From the IMG/VR virus record IMGVR_UViG_3300045988_062257: a stretch of 64,000 bases of DNA. One strand, given 5' to 3'. Position 1 is the first letter of the stretch. Each line of letters starts with the position of its first letter. The position numbers and the translations under genes are program-made. The notes under the pieces were generated by a model, which saw only the letters and a list, made by a program, of their open reading frames with translations, was not told the DNA's origin and ran no database searches. This DNA comes from a virus. Shown here one piece after another: positions 7,746 through 15,960 of this stretch.

Positions 7746-8216
7746 ATGGCGAATAAGTACATTTCCAATGTAGAACTCGGCAGTACCATTTACTCCCTTA
7801 AAGATAAAGAAGCAAGAGCCGCGGTCAATGCATTACAAACCGCGGTTTCTTCTTCTTTAGTCTTTAAAGGTGTCGTCTCTAGTGCTGCCGATCTTACTAG
7901 TCTAAAGAATTACAAAGTCGGTTGGACATATAAAGCTAATGCATCTTTCGAGATTGCTTCTCTGGGCAAGCTTGAAGTAGGTGATATGATTATATGTATC
8001 AGCAATTATAGTTCTAGCTATAAAGCAAGTGACTGGACAGTAGTTCAAAACAATGTAGATACTATGACTGGGGCTTCCTCTACGGCCGCGGGCACGAGAG
8101 GTTTAGTACCAGCACCTCAAGCTAATGATAACGAAAAATATCTTCGAGGCGATGGAACATGGGGTTCTCCCGCCGCTGATGTTGCTTGGGGAAGTTTCAA
8201 TGATTTAATAGGATAA
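7746..8216 (+). CDS. Putative structural protein (shares IYSLKDKEAR motif with previous gene)
   Basis: RBS AAGGATGG. Paralogous N-terminus to 6475-7692. Confidence 0.4.
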   Translation: MANKYISNVELGSTIYSLKDKEARAAVNALQTAVSSSLVFKGVVSSAADLTSLKNYKVGWTYKANASFEIASLGKLEVGDMIICISNYSSSYKASDWTVVQNNVDTMTGASSTAAGTRGLVPAPQANDNEKYLRGDGTWGSPAADVAWGSFNDLIG

Positions 8217-8241
8217 GCCATTTGGCTTATCCTATTTTTTT
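8209..8241 (+). terminator. Rho-independent terminator (AGGATAAGCCA-TTT-GGCTTATCCT plus T9)
   Basis: Perfect 10-bp stem and T-run. Confidence 0.65.
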
Positions 8242-8329
8242 TTGCATTTTTTCAAAATATATTGTATTATATGTATATAAGATAAAAGAGGAAAGACCTT
8301 TCCCCAAACAAAAGCACAGTTTGAAAATA

Positions 8330-8382
8330 ATTAAAAATTATATTATAATATATATAGTAAATGAGAAAAGGAGTTATAAGTT
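8330..8382 (+). promoter_or_regulatory. Promoter motif plus leader (ATTATATTATAATATATATAGTAAATGAGAAAAGGAG)
   Basis: Instance of the repeated promoter/leader motif before the gene at 8383. Confidence 0.4.
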
Positions 8383-8715
8383 ATGTATCCGATTGAGAAG
8401 TATAAGTTTTATACCAATGGTTCTCGCGTAATTGCAGTTTCTACCTATGCGGGCAAGACTGTGCGAGGTGTTGCCGTTTGCCACGCTGGTGATGCATTCT
8501 CTCTGGAGAAGGGCAAGAAGCTCGCTGCTCTGCGGTGTGCGGAGAAGATTGCCAAGAAGCGTGTTGCTCGTGCCAATCGAAAGGTGGATGAGGCCTATTG
8601 GGCGTATGTCGATGCGGAGGCTTATCTCGATAAGATGGTCGATTATAAGGACGATGCCCTCTATGAGTTGAACGAGGTCGTCGCTGCCAAGAACGATATG
8701 CTTGATAGCCTGTAA
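8383..8715 (+). CDS. Hypothetical protein (110 aa)
   Basis: Preceded by the promoter motif and RBS AAAGGAG. The antisense ORF 8374-8847 is judged spurious. Confidence 0.45.
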   Translation: MYPIEKYKFYTNGSRVIAVSTYAGKTVRGVAVCHAGDAFSLEKGKKLAALRCAEKIAKKRVARANRKVDEAYWAYVDAEAYLDKMVDYKDDALYELNEVVAAKNDMLDSL

Positions 8716-8752
8716 GGAAATATCCTGAGCAAGATATAAAACTGCTCTATTC

Positions 8753-8846
8753 GGAGGATTAACCCTAATTGGCAAGGGAGCGGTCCTGAAAACCGCCAGT
8801 AACCGTGAACAACGGCGTAAGAGTTCGAGTCTCTTATCCTCCGCCA
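8753..8846 (+). tRNA. tRNA-Ser (anticodon TGA), class II
   Basis: Acceptor GGAGGAT/ATCCTCC, anticodon arm GCGGT-CCTGAAA-ACCGC (C at position 33 is unusual), long variable arm CCGT-GAACA-ACGG, T-arm AAGAG-TTCGAGT-CTCTT, discriminator G, CCA. Confidence 0.65.
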
Positions 8847-8876
8847 ACGAATTAGACGAGAAATAGGAGGTAAAAG

Positions 8877-9230
8877 ATGGACGCTTTAGAATTTTTGAAA
8901 GAACGGAAAAGAATGTGCAACTTATACAGTCATTGCAAGGGCTGCCCGCTTGACGGAAGCAAATGCGTTATTGACAATGCTGTCTCCGATGAAGATTGCA
9001 AAAGATTCGCCGCTTCCGTTGAGCAATGGTCGAAGGAACACCCGCGCAAGACGCGGCAGAGCGTGTTTCTGGAGCAGTATCCGGAGGCACGCATCGGAGA
9101 TGACGGTGTGTTGCAAATATACCCCTGCTCAATTTCCCCGTCGCACAGGAACGCACGAGGTAACTGCGCAACTATGGGACGCGAATGCTCCGACTGCCGC
9201 CGCGAGTTCTGGTCGCAAGAGGTGGAGTGA
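8877..9230 (+). CDS. Hypothetical Cys-rich protein
   Basis: RBS AGGAGGTAAAAG. Multiple CxxC-like pairs. Confidence 0.45.
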   Translation: MDALEFLKERKRMCNLYSHCKGCPLDGSKCVIDNAVSDEDCKRFAASVEQWSKEHPRKTRQSVFLEQYPEARIGDDGVLQIYPCSISPSHRNARGNCATMGRECSDCRREFWSQEVE

Positions 9231-9254
9231 TGAAAGCAAATGAGAAATTTGCAA

Positions 9255-9300
9255 AAATATAAATATTATGATATAATATTTATATAAGGTAAGGGAAGAA
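9255..9300 (+). promoter_or_regulatory. Promoter motif (TATGATATAATATTTATATAAGGTAAGGGAAG) upstream of the tRNA/Y-RNA block
   Basis: Instance of the repeated promoter motif. Confidence 0.4.
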
Positions 9301-9315
9301 CTTCTTCCCTTGTAT

Positions 9316-9402
9316 GCCCAAGTAGAAGAACTGGTATATTCAGCAGGCTCAAACCCTGCCGTCGAAAGACATCTGTGGGTTCGAATCCCACCTTGGGTAC
9401 CA
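9316..9402 (+). tRNA. tRNA-Leu (anticodon CAA), class II
   Basis: Acceptor GCCCAAG/CTTGGGT, anticodon arm GCAGG-CTCAAAC-CCTGC, long variable arm (GTC-gaaa-GAC), T-arm GTGGG-TTCGAAT-CCCAC, discriminator A, CCA. Confidence 0.75.
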
Positions 9403-9495
9403 ATGGCGCCGGCTATCGCGTAATACCGGATAATCAAAGAGGTATCGGTTGAAGATGGTTCGAAACATCCAAATCTTATGGCCTCCGCCATGCCA
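9403..9495 (+). ncRNA. Candidate Y-RNA-like ncRNA (long terminal helix with internal loop plus two internal hairpins, one T-loop-like)
   Basis: 5' ATGGCG-CC-GGCTAT pairs with 3' ATAAGGCC-TC-CGCCAT (about 12 bp with a 2x2 internal loop), enclosing hairpins ATACCGGATA...TATCGGT and GATG-GTTCGAAA-CATC. Ends GCCA. Lies 250 nt upstream of a Ro60/TROVE gene. Confidence 0.35.
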
Positions 9496-9498
9496 AAT

Positions 9499-9585
9499 GC
9501 GAACGTAGTCAAGTGGTTTAAGACCCCGGCCTGCAAAGCCGTGTGACCCGTAAGGGCGTGAGTTCGAATCTCACCGTTCGCTCCA
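9499..9585 (+). tRNA. tRNA-Cys-like (anticodon GCA, discriminator U) with an atypical long variable arm
   Basis: Acceptor GCGAACG/CGTTCGC, D-arm GTC-AAGTGGTTTAA-GAC, anticodon arm CCGGC-CTGCAAA-GCCGT, 15-nt variable region GTGACCCGTAAGGGC, T-arm GTGAG-TTCGAAT-CTCAC, U73, CCA. Long variable arms are not expected for Cys. Confidence 0.5.
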
Positions 9586-9710
9586 TAAGACCTTAACAGC
9601 AATAAAAAATGGACTGTAAATCCGTCGCTTATGCTACGCAGGTTCGAATCCTGCCCTCCCCACCACTATATGGCGGAGGTAGGGAAGTGGTTAAACCCAA
9701 CGGAACCAAA
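9586..9710 (+). ncRNA. Circularly permuted tRNA-like module (3' half followed by 5' half); candidate YrlA-type Y RNA
   Basis: Order is anticodon-like arm ATGGA-CTGTAAA-TCCGT, T-arm GCAGG-TTCGAAT-CCTGC, acceptor 3' strand CCTCCCC-A-CCA, 6-nt loop, acceptor 5' strand GCGGAGG, TA, D-arm GGG-AAGTGGTTAAA-CCC, then ACGGA (complementary to TCCGT). This is a tRNA body closed at the acceptor end and open at the anticodon end, immediately upstream of rsr. Confidence 0.35.
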
Positions 9711-9779
9711 AAGAAAAGGTCTAGAATCTAATCTCCCTTGTCCAAGGGAGTAACTAAAAATCAAAAGGAGATTGATACG

Positions 9780-11270
9780 ATGAATACTTTTATGAACGCT
9801 ATGAAGCAAGATACCAACTTTACCTTGACTGAGAATGGTGCTATTACCCATAAGTCCACTCTGAATGGTCTTATGGATTTGTTTGCGCTTGGCGGAGCAT
9901 ATCGCACTCGCTCTGACGCAGATTGCATCACTTTGTTTAAGGCGGCTTTTGACGAGGATGAAGCTCATGCTTTGAAGTGCCTATTCTACCTGCGCGATGT
10001 GCGCGGCGGCCAGGGCGAGCGTCGTTTCTTCCGCGTTGTAACTAATTGGCTTGCTTCTCACGAAACTGAGGCTATGCGTCGTAATCTCCAGTTTGTGCCC
10101 GAGTACGGTCGCTGGGATGACCTGTATATCTTCGTTGGCACTCCTCTGGAGAAGGACGCCTTCAATCTGATGCGCCATCAGCTGGCTTTGGATGTTTCTT
10201 GCAAGACTCCTTCTCTGCTTGCTAAGTGGCTGAAGTCTGAGAATACCAGCTCTAAGGAATCTCGCCATCTGGCGGTGATTACTCGCAATCATTTCGGCAT
10301 GACCGCGAAGCAGTATCGTAAGACCCTTTCCACTTTGCGTGAGCGTATCCGCATTGTCGAGCGCCTCATGTCTGAGAATCGTTGGGACGAGATTGAGTTC
10401 GATAAGATTCCTTCTCGCGCCGGTGTAATTTATCGCAATGCGTTTGCTCGCCGCGATATGATTAAGGCTAAGTACGAGGCTTTCGCTAAGGACACTGAGA
10501 CTAAGGTTAATGCCAGTGCTCTCTATCCTCACGATATTGCACATCGTGCCTTTGAAGCCAATCGTAAGGGATTGGGCGATCCTGATCGTCTGATGCTTCA
10601 GAAGTATTGGGAGAACCTTCCTAACTACTACGGCGATAATATCGAGAATGGCATTGCTGTTGTCGATGTTTCTGGCTCTATGACCGGTGTTCCTATGGAG
10701 GCTGCGGTTTCTATGGGTGCGTACATCGCAGATAAGGCGCACGGTCCTTTTGCCAACCACTTCATTACCTTCTCTGGTAATCCTGAGTTGGTGAAGTTCG
10801 AGGGGGCAGACATTACCGATAAGTTGTGCCGTTGCATTGGTGCGGATTGGGGTATGAACACTAATATCGAAGCTGTCTTCGATATGCTGCTCAGCACCGC
10901 AATGAAGCAAAGTGTAAAGCCTGAGGATATGCCTACTCGCGTTTATATCTTCTCTGATATGGAGTTTGACAAGTGCGTTATCAGTAACTCTACTGGTCGG
11001 GGTGGCTGGGGATATGGTATGCACAGCGATGCCATCCAGACTCTCTTTGAGGCTATGAAGGCTAAGTGGGCACGCTACGGTTACAAGATGCCTAGCTGCA
11101 TTTTCTGGAACCTGAACGCCCGCAATAACAACATTCCCGCAATCGGTGACGGCTTTAGCTATGTAAGTGGCTTTAGCCCTGTCATGATTCAGCAGATTCT
11201 CAGCGGCAAGGACGGACTCGATCTGGTTCTTGAGAAGCTGGATAGCGAGCGTTACGCTCAGATCCACTAA
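9780..11270 (+). CDS. rsr: Ro60/TROVE-domain protein with C-terminal vWA domain (Rsr-like)
   Basis: About 500 aa, N-terminal TROVE-like region and a MIDAS-containing vWA segment (VVDVSGSM ... S..T). RBS AAAAGGAG before ATG 9780 (ORF table starts at an upstream in-frame codon, 9738). The antisense ORF 9981-11267 is judged a shadow ORF. Confidence 0.55.
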   Translation: MNTFMNAMKQDTNFTLTENGAITHKSTLNGLMDLFALGGAYRTRSDADCITLFKAAFDEDEAHALKCLFYLRDVRGGQGERRFFRVVTNWLASHETEAMRRNLQFVPEYGRWDDLYIFVGTPLEKDAFNLMRHQLALDVSCKTPSLLAKWLKSENTSSKESRHLAVITRNHFGMTAKQYRKTLSTLRERIRIVERLMSENRWDEIEFDKIPSRAGVIYRNAFARRDMIKAKYEAFAKDTETKVNASALYPHDIAHRAFEANRKGLGDPDRLMLQKYWENLPNYYGDNIENGIAVVDVSGSMTGVPMEAAVSMGAYIADKAHGPFANHFITFSGNPELVKFEGADITDKLCRCIGADWGMNTNIEAVFDMLLSTAMKQSVKPEDMPTRVYIFSDMEFDKCVISNSTGRGGWGYGMHSDAIQTLFEAMKAKWARYGYKMPSCIFWNLNARNNNIPAIGDGFSYVSGFSPVMIQQILSGKDGLDLVLEKLDSERYAQIH

Positions 11271-11278
11271 ACCCTTTC

Positions 11279-11326
11279 AAACGGGGAAATGGCAAGAAAA
11301 TTGCCATTTCCCCCGTCTTTTCTATT
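11279..11326 (+). terminator. Rho-independent terminator (AACGGGGAAATGGCAA-gaaaa-TTGCCATTTCCCCCGT plus T-run)
   Basis: 16-bp stem followed by CTTTTCT. Confidence 0.65.
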
Positions 11327-11390
11327 TATTGAAAAATAATTTAATTTATGATATAATAAATATATAAGGTAAGGAAAGGAAGTTACATAG

Positions 11391-12278
11391 ATGAATCCAT
11401 TTGAAATGCCATTCCCAAGTTTGTTTACATCTTCATTTGAACCACCAGCGCGATCTGCTTCTGATTATTCTCTATATCGAGAAGACTTTGGTAGTATTTA
11501 CAGTTTACTGAATACTATCAATAACCGTGAAAACAATAGCTTCATGCGTAACGAAGATTCGTCTCAGGAACGTGGAAATGAAGAGTGGAGTGGCACTTCT
11601 TCTTATGAAGAAGCTCAATCTCTCTTGATTCATGGCTATGAAGATCCGGTTAAAAGTATCAAGAGCAGTTTAGCTAAAAATAAGAAACTGACAAGTAAAA
11701 TCTACAATTCAATTCCTAAGCCCATAGTCCAAAATAGAGTGGTAGGATTTGTTCCAAATGTACCCAATGCTCTTAAAGGACTGCCGGAATCTATGATTAC
11801 ACTGGAAAAACTCCATAAGAAGAGAAAGACCATCTCTATTATCTATGCTACGGGCGGTAGCTGTGGCGTAGAAAGTGATGTTCTGGCATCCGCGGGCTCG
11901 GCGCTTGTATCCGCCATCAACCTCATTGAGTTGTCCGGTGTGCAAACTGAATTGTCGGTTGGTTTTATGCCTACGAAAGAAACTAAGCAGATTATTTTCC
12001 CGACTGTGAAGATTAAAGGCTATGGCGAACGCTTTAATTTGCAGAAAATCTGCTTCCCGATGATTCACCCTGCAATGTTTAGACGAATTGGCTTTAAGTA
12101 CCTTGAAACTTGTCCTGGTATGGTAGAAAATTTTTCTCATGGTTATGGCCGTCCGCCTGAGCTTGAAGTTTTGAAGACTCTTATCAAGGATAAAAATACC
12201 TATGTGATTAACCGTGCGTGGATTACTGAACATGAAAATGATATTGAAGAAATTCTTAAATATATGGAGGTCTGCTGA
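11391..12278 (+). CDS. Hypothetical protein (295 aa)
   Basis: Promoter motif plus RBS AAGGAAAGGAAG upstream. No recognisable domain by eye. Confidence 0.45.
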   Translation: MNPFEMPFPSLFTSSFEPPARSASDYSLYREDFGSIYSLLNTINNRENNSFMRNEDSSQERGNEEWSGTSSYEEAQSLLIHGYEDPVKSIKSSLAKNKKLTSKIYNSIPKPIVQNRVVGFVPNVPNALKGLPESMITLEKLHKKRKTISIIYATGGSCGVESDVLASAGSALVSAINLIELSGVQTELSVGFMPTKETKQIIFPTVKIKGYGERFNLQKICFPMIHPAMFRRIGFKYLETCPGMVENFSHGYGRPPELEVLKTLIKDKNTYVINRAWITEHENDIEEILKYMEVC

Positions 12279-12279
12279 T

Positions 12280-13239
12280 ATGAATAGAGATAAGATGCTC
12301 GAAGCAATGATGAAGGCGGTGACTGATGCGGTCGTCGACGTGAATGTGGAAGAAATTCTGGCAAAAGTGTATCCTCAGATTGATGAGAAAATTCACGAGA
12401 CTTATGGTTTCCTGCCGGAGGTTCATGAAGTGCGGACGCCGACTACGACTCATAAGATCTGCGGCACTACGCATGAGAAGTTTGACGAAGTTCTCAATAT
12501 CGTCAATCTGGATATCCCCGTTTATCTGACCGGCAAAGCGGGCACCGGCAAGAATGTCATTTGTCAGCAGGTCGCGGAATCTCTGGGTCTGGATTTTTAC
12601 TTCACAAACGCTGTTACGCAGGAGTACAAGCTGACTGGCTTCATTGATGCCAACGGCAATTATCAGGAAACCCAGTTTTATAAAGCTTTTACGAAGGGTG
12701 GTCTGTTCTTCTTGGACGAGATGGACGCGTCTATCCCTGAGACCCTGATTATTTTGAACGCGGCCATCGCGAATAGATACTTCGACTTCCCCAACGGCAA
12801 AGTTAGTGCGAACCCTAACTTTAGAGTCATCGCTGCTGGTAATACGGTTGGTACTGGTGCAGATAATAACTACACTGGTCGCTATTGCTTGGATAGAGCA
12901 AGTCTTGACCGTTTTGCTATGGTGAACATCGACTACTCTGAAAAGATTGAGATGGCTATGGCAGATAACAACAAGAGTCTAGTATCTTTCTGCCATCGTT
13001 TCAGAGAGATTACCGATAAGGCTGGCATTGAGTGCTTGTTTTCTTATCGTACTATTGATAGAATTGCAAAACTCGAAACGGTAATCAACAATCTATCCGA
13101 GGTTCTGTCTATCTCACTACTTAAGGGCATGGACGAAGATACTTTGTCTATTCTTAAGAACGAGCTGTCTGAAGCTAAGGATATGACAAATAACAAGTAT
13201 GCGAAAGCTATTATCAATGGTAATAGCTGGGATTTTTAA
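12280..13239 (+). CDS. MoxR-like AAA+ ATPase
   Basis: Walker A LTGKAGTGKN and Walker B LFFLDEMD. Size and motif spacing match MoxR/RavA-type ATPases. ATG 12280 with RBS TATGGAGG (ORF table start 12214 is in frame). Confidence 0.55.
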   Translation: MNRDKMLEAMMKAVTDAVVDVNVEEILAKVYPQIDEKIHETYGFLPEVHEVRTPTTTHKICGTTHEKFDEVLNIVNLDIPVYLTGKAGTGKNVICQQVAESLGLDFYFTNAVTQEYKLTGFIDANGNYQETQFYKAFTKGGLFFLDEMDASIPETLIILNAAIANRYFDFPNGKVSANPNFRVIAAGNTVGTGADNNYTGRYCLDRASLDRFAMVNIDYSEKIEMAMADNNKSLVSFCHRFREITDKAGIECLFSYRTIDRIAKLETVINNLSEVLSISLLKGMDEDTLSILKNELSEAKDMTNNKYAKAIINGNSWDF

Positions 13240-13254
13240 GGAGGTAAACCAATA

Positions 13255-13458
13255 ATGATGGAAGGTTGGCTTTGCCCTCGGTGTCATAAAGTAAATGCGC
13301 CTTGGGTGTCACAATGCTCCTGTGAAGATTTTTGGCGTGACAAGATTACTTGCAATCCATGTACTACAGGAGCGTATCCGAGAGATAACTGGTCTGTTAC
13401 TACAGCCACTAACACTGATGTGAACAGCGATTCTACGAAAACTGGGCCCTCGGTATAA
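13255..13458 (+). CDS. Small zinc-ribbon protein
   Basis: RBS AAGGAGG. CPRCH...CSC...C..C motifs. Confidence 0.4.
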   Translation: MMEGWLCPRCHKVNAPWVSQCSCEDFWRDKITCNPCTTGAYPRDNWSVTTATNTDVNSDSTKTGPSV

Positions 13459-13462
13459 GAAT

Positions 13463-13500
13463 AAGGGGAGCTATCTATATAGCTCCCCTTTATTTTTTTG
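13463..13500 (+). terminator. Rho-independent terminator (AAGGGGAGCTATCTATATAGCTCCCCTT plus T8)
   Basis: Palindromic stem and T-run, followed by the promoter motif. Confidence 0.65.
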
Positions 13501-13552
13501 AAAAATTATAATATAATATATATAGAAAGTTAAGAAAGAGGGTTTGCGATAA

Positions 13553-14131
13553 ATGTTTGTTATTCTGTGGATTAAAGAAAATAAATATTATGCTTATGCC
13601 AAGGAAAATCATTGGACTGATAATATTTACGCGGCTGGTAGGTTCAATACCTTAGAGGCAGCTCAGAAGTATGCAAAGAATAGTCTAAAAGATAAACTGC
13701 AAGAATTGCAGTATCTTACTCTTGATGGTAAGGGAGCAAGCGAAGACCCCATTCCTACTTTAACAAAAGAAGAAGCAGAGGCTGCTTATGAGGAATTGCG
13801 GCAGGCTGTAGAAATCTTCGGCAAAGCTGCTGAAAAGATTCCTGCTATCACGAAATATTATGCAACTGTACAGTCTGAGCAAGATAAATTGCAAGAAGAT
13901 TTGCTCCACAAGTTTGAGTTTACCTCTCCTGGAAACATCATTTTCGTCAAACTGGGCCGTATGCTTAAAACTTGTCGAATTAAGAGAAGAGAAGCTAAAG
14001 ATCATCTCGGTTATATGATTGCTATTGGCAATGCCAAGGGAAAGGATATTCTTAACGCACATAACAATCATAATCACCTGATTGAAACTCGTAACTATAG
14101 CCCACGAGTTGCTCCAGAATTATTTAATTAA
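13553..14131 (+). CDS. Hypothetical protein
   Basis: Promoter motif plus RBS AAGAAAGAGGG upstream. Confidence 0.45.
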   Translation: MFVILWIKENKYYAYAKENHWTDNIYAAGRFNTLEAAQKYAKNSLKDKLQELQYLTLDGKGASEDPIPTLTKEEAEAAYEELRQAVEIFGKAAEKIPAITKYYATVQSEQDKLQEDLLHKFEFTSPGNIIFVKLGRMLKTCRIKRREAKDHLGYMIAIGNAKGKDILNAHNNHNHLIETRNYSPRVAPELFN

Positions 14132-14146
14132 GAAAGAAGGTATATA

Positions 14147-14458
14147 ATGAAATTGTGGATTGATGATTTGCGGCCAGCACCGAAAGGATATATCTGGGTT
14201 AAAAGCGTAAAAGCCGCTAAGACCGCGATCTGGCAGTATGAACATAACATGACAGATGACAATATCTTGATTGACCTTGATCATGATGCTGGTGACTATG
14301 TATCTAAAGGTGGGGACTATATCAAGGTACTCGATTGGCTAGAAGCTAAAGGTATTGTAGATACTGGATATAGCTTTCATATACATAGTATGAATCCTGT
14401 CGGCGTCCAGAATATGAGAGTAATCATTGAGAAGAATGGATGGAGGGAAATTAGATAA
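14147..14458 (+). CDS. Hypothetical protein
   Basis: RBS AAGAAGG before the ATG. Confidence 0.45.
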   Translation: MKLWIDDLRPAPKGYIWVKSVKAAKTAIWQYEHNMTDDNILIDLDHDAGDYVSKGGDYIKVLDWLEAKGIVDTGYSFHIHSMNPVGVQNMRVIIEKNGWREIR

Positions 14459-14634
14459 TGGTTAAGACTTGGGCACAACTATATGACAGACTGGGGCGAC
14501 AACCATTGTCTAAAACAAAAGAGTCACGTATCGTTCTCAAAAATGAGGATGGAACTTTCACGCCTTTAATGCTCGTATTTGATGCTAACGGAGCAAATTG
14601 GTGGCTTGAGAAAAGAAAGGATGGAAAAGATTAA
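14458..14634 (+). CDS. Hypothetical small protein (58 aa)
   Basis: ATG overlaps the previous stop (TAATG). Below the ORF-table length cutoff. Confidence 0.3.
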   Translation: MVKTWAQLYDRLGRQPLSKTKESRIVLKNEDGTFTPLMLVFDANGANWWLEKRKDGKD

Positions 14635-14865
14635 ATGGGTAAGTTTTCAGAGCTTAATCTAAAGTGGTATGAAGAGGAAGATTTAGAAGACCTTGAGGGA
14701 GAATATCCGGGTCTTTTCGATAAGTCAAGAGAGGAACTAGATAAATTCGCTACTGCGTTATACTGGAAAGCACAGAACCTAATTGAGGAAGCAAATAGCC
14801 TTGAGAGTAAGGCTGATGTTATTCGAACCTATCTGGATGCGACAGAAAGAGAGGAAGTGTTGTAA
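14635..14865 (+). CDS. Hypothetical acidic protein
   Basis: Start coupled to the previous stop. Confidence 0.4.
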   Translation: MGKFSELNLKWYEEEDLEDLEGEYPGLFDKSREELDKFATALYWKAQNLIEEANSLESKADVIRTYLDATEREEVL

Positions 14866-14867
14866 TA

Positions 14868-15170
14868 ATGGGAAAAATTACTCGTCATAGCAAAGAGCGC
14901 ATTGTTCAGAGAACTGAGGGATGTGAGAGTTTCGCAGAAGCTAAGAAGTTGGCTAAACAAGCTAAGCGATCTGGCGCGACTATCAATCAGTTCCAGAAGT
15001 TCCCTAAGTTCTTCTCGTATCTTCAGAACAAAAGAGATCAGACCAATACCTGCTCTATTAGAGTGTACCGAGGTAACATTTATATCTGGCGTGGCAAAGA
15101 TACACTAATTACCGCACACCCTATCCCCGAAAGATATATTAAAGAAATGGAGGCTATTGGTGATGACTGA
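14868..15170 (+). CDS. Hypothetical basic protein
   Basis: Start 2 nt after the previous stop. Confidence 0.4.
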   Translation: MGKITRHSKERIVQRTEGCESFAEAKKLAKQAKRSGATINQFQKFPKFFSYLQNKRDQTNTCSIRVYRGNIYIWRGKDTLITAHPIPERYIKEMEAIGDD

Positions 15171-15960
15171 TGTTATGAGTAGAGTTTATGGCCATCTCGA
15201 TGAAAGTTTACAGAGATTCGACGAATCCAGAATCGTCGGTATCTTCCTGCAAGGTTCTCAGAACTATGGTCTTGAAACTCCTAAGAGTGATGTTGATACA
15301 AAGCTGATTGTTACTCCTACTTTTGATGAAGTAGTTCTCAACAAGAAACCTATCAGCACCACTCATGTAAGAGCAAATAACGAGCATACTGACTTAAAGG
15401 ATATTCGTTTAATGCTCGCCACCTTTCGCAAGCAAAACCTTAACTTCATCGAAATTCTGTTTACCCCTTATGCTTGGGTAAACCCTCTCTTTGAAAGTGA
15501 ATGGAGCCGCCTGACTACGGCGCGCGAAAAGATTGCCCATTATTCTCCATATAGCGCAGTTAAAACTATGAAGGGTATCGCTATGGAGAAGTATCATGCC
15601 ATGGAACACGAGTATCCTAGCAAGTTGGAAGTATTGGCTGAATATGGATACGACCCAAAACAGCTTCATCATCTCCTGCGAGTCCAGGAATACATCCATA
15701 GATACATCAGCGGTGAATCTTATGAAGCGTGCTTGCATCCTAAGCATCCAGAGTTTCTCGTGGCTGTTAAGCAGGGATACTTTAACCTTGAACAGGCTCG
15801 CACTTCCGCAGATGCAGCGATTGCTGATGTAATTAAAACTGCGGATGCTTTCTGCGAAAAGGTTGGTAAAACTTTTGATACCGCAGTTGATGAACTGCTG
15901 GATGACGTACAGTACAATATCGTAAAAAGTGCATTGAAAGGAGAGATTCTAAATGATTAA
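15157..15960 (+). CDS. Nucleotidyltransferase (Pol-beta superfamily)
   Basis: GS-x9-DxD-like motif LQGSQNYGLETPKSDVDTK. Confidence 0.45.
   Translation: MVMTDVMSRVYGHLDESLQRFDESRIVGIFLQGSQNYGLETPKSDVDTKLIVTPTFDEVVLNKKPISTTHVRANNEHTDLKDIRLMLATFRKQNLNFIEILFTPYAWVNPLFESEWSRLTTAREKIAHYSPYSAVKTMKGIAMEKYHAMEHEYPSKLEVLAEYGYDPKQLHHLLRVQEYIHRYISGESYEACLHPKHPEFLVAVKQGYFNLEQARTSADAAIADVIKTADAFCEKVGKTFDTAVDELLDDVQYNIVKSALKGEILND

Noticed and set aside
9981-11267. 428-aa ORF on the minus strand antisense to the Ro60-like gene. Similar long antisense ORFs exist at 17866-18924, 11709-12233 and 8374-8847.
   Set aside because: The + strand partners carry recognisable domains, RBSs and the promoter/terminator grammar. 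The antisense ORFs lack RBSs and are typical shadow ORFs.
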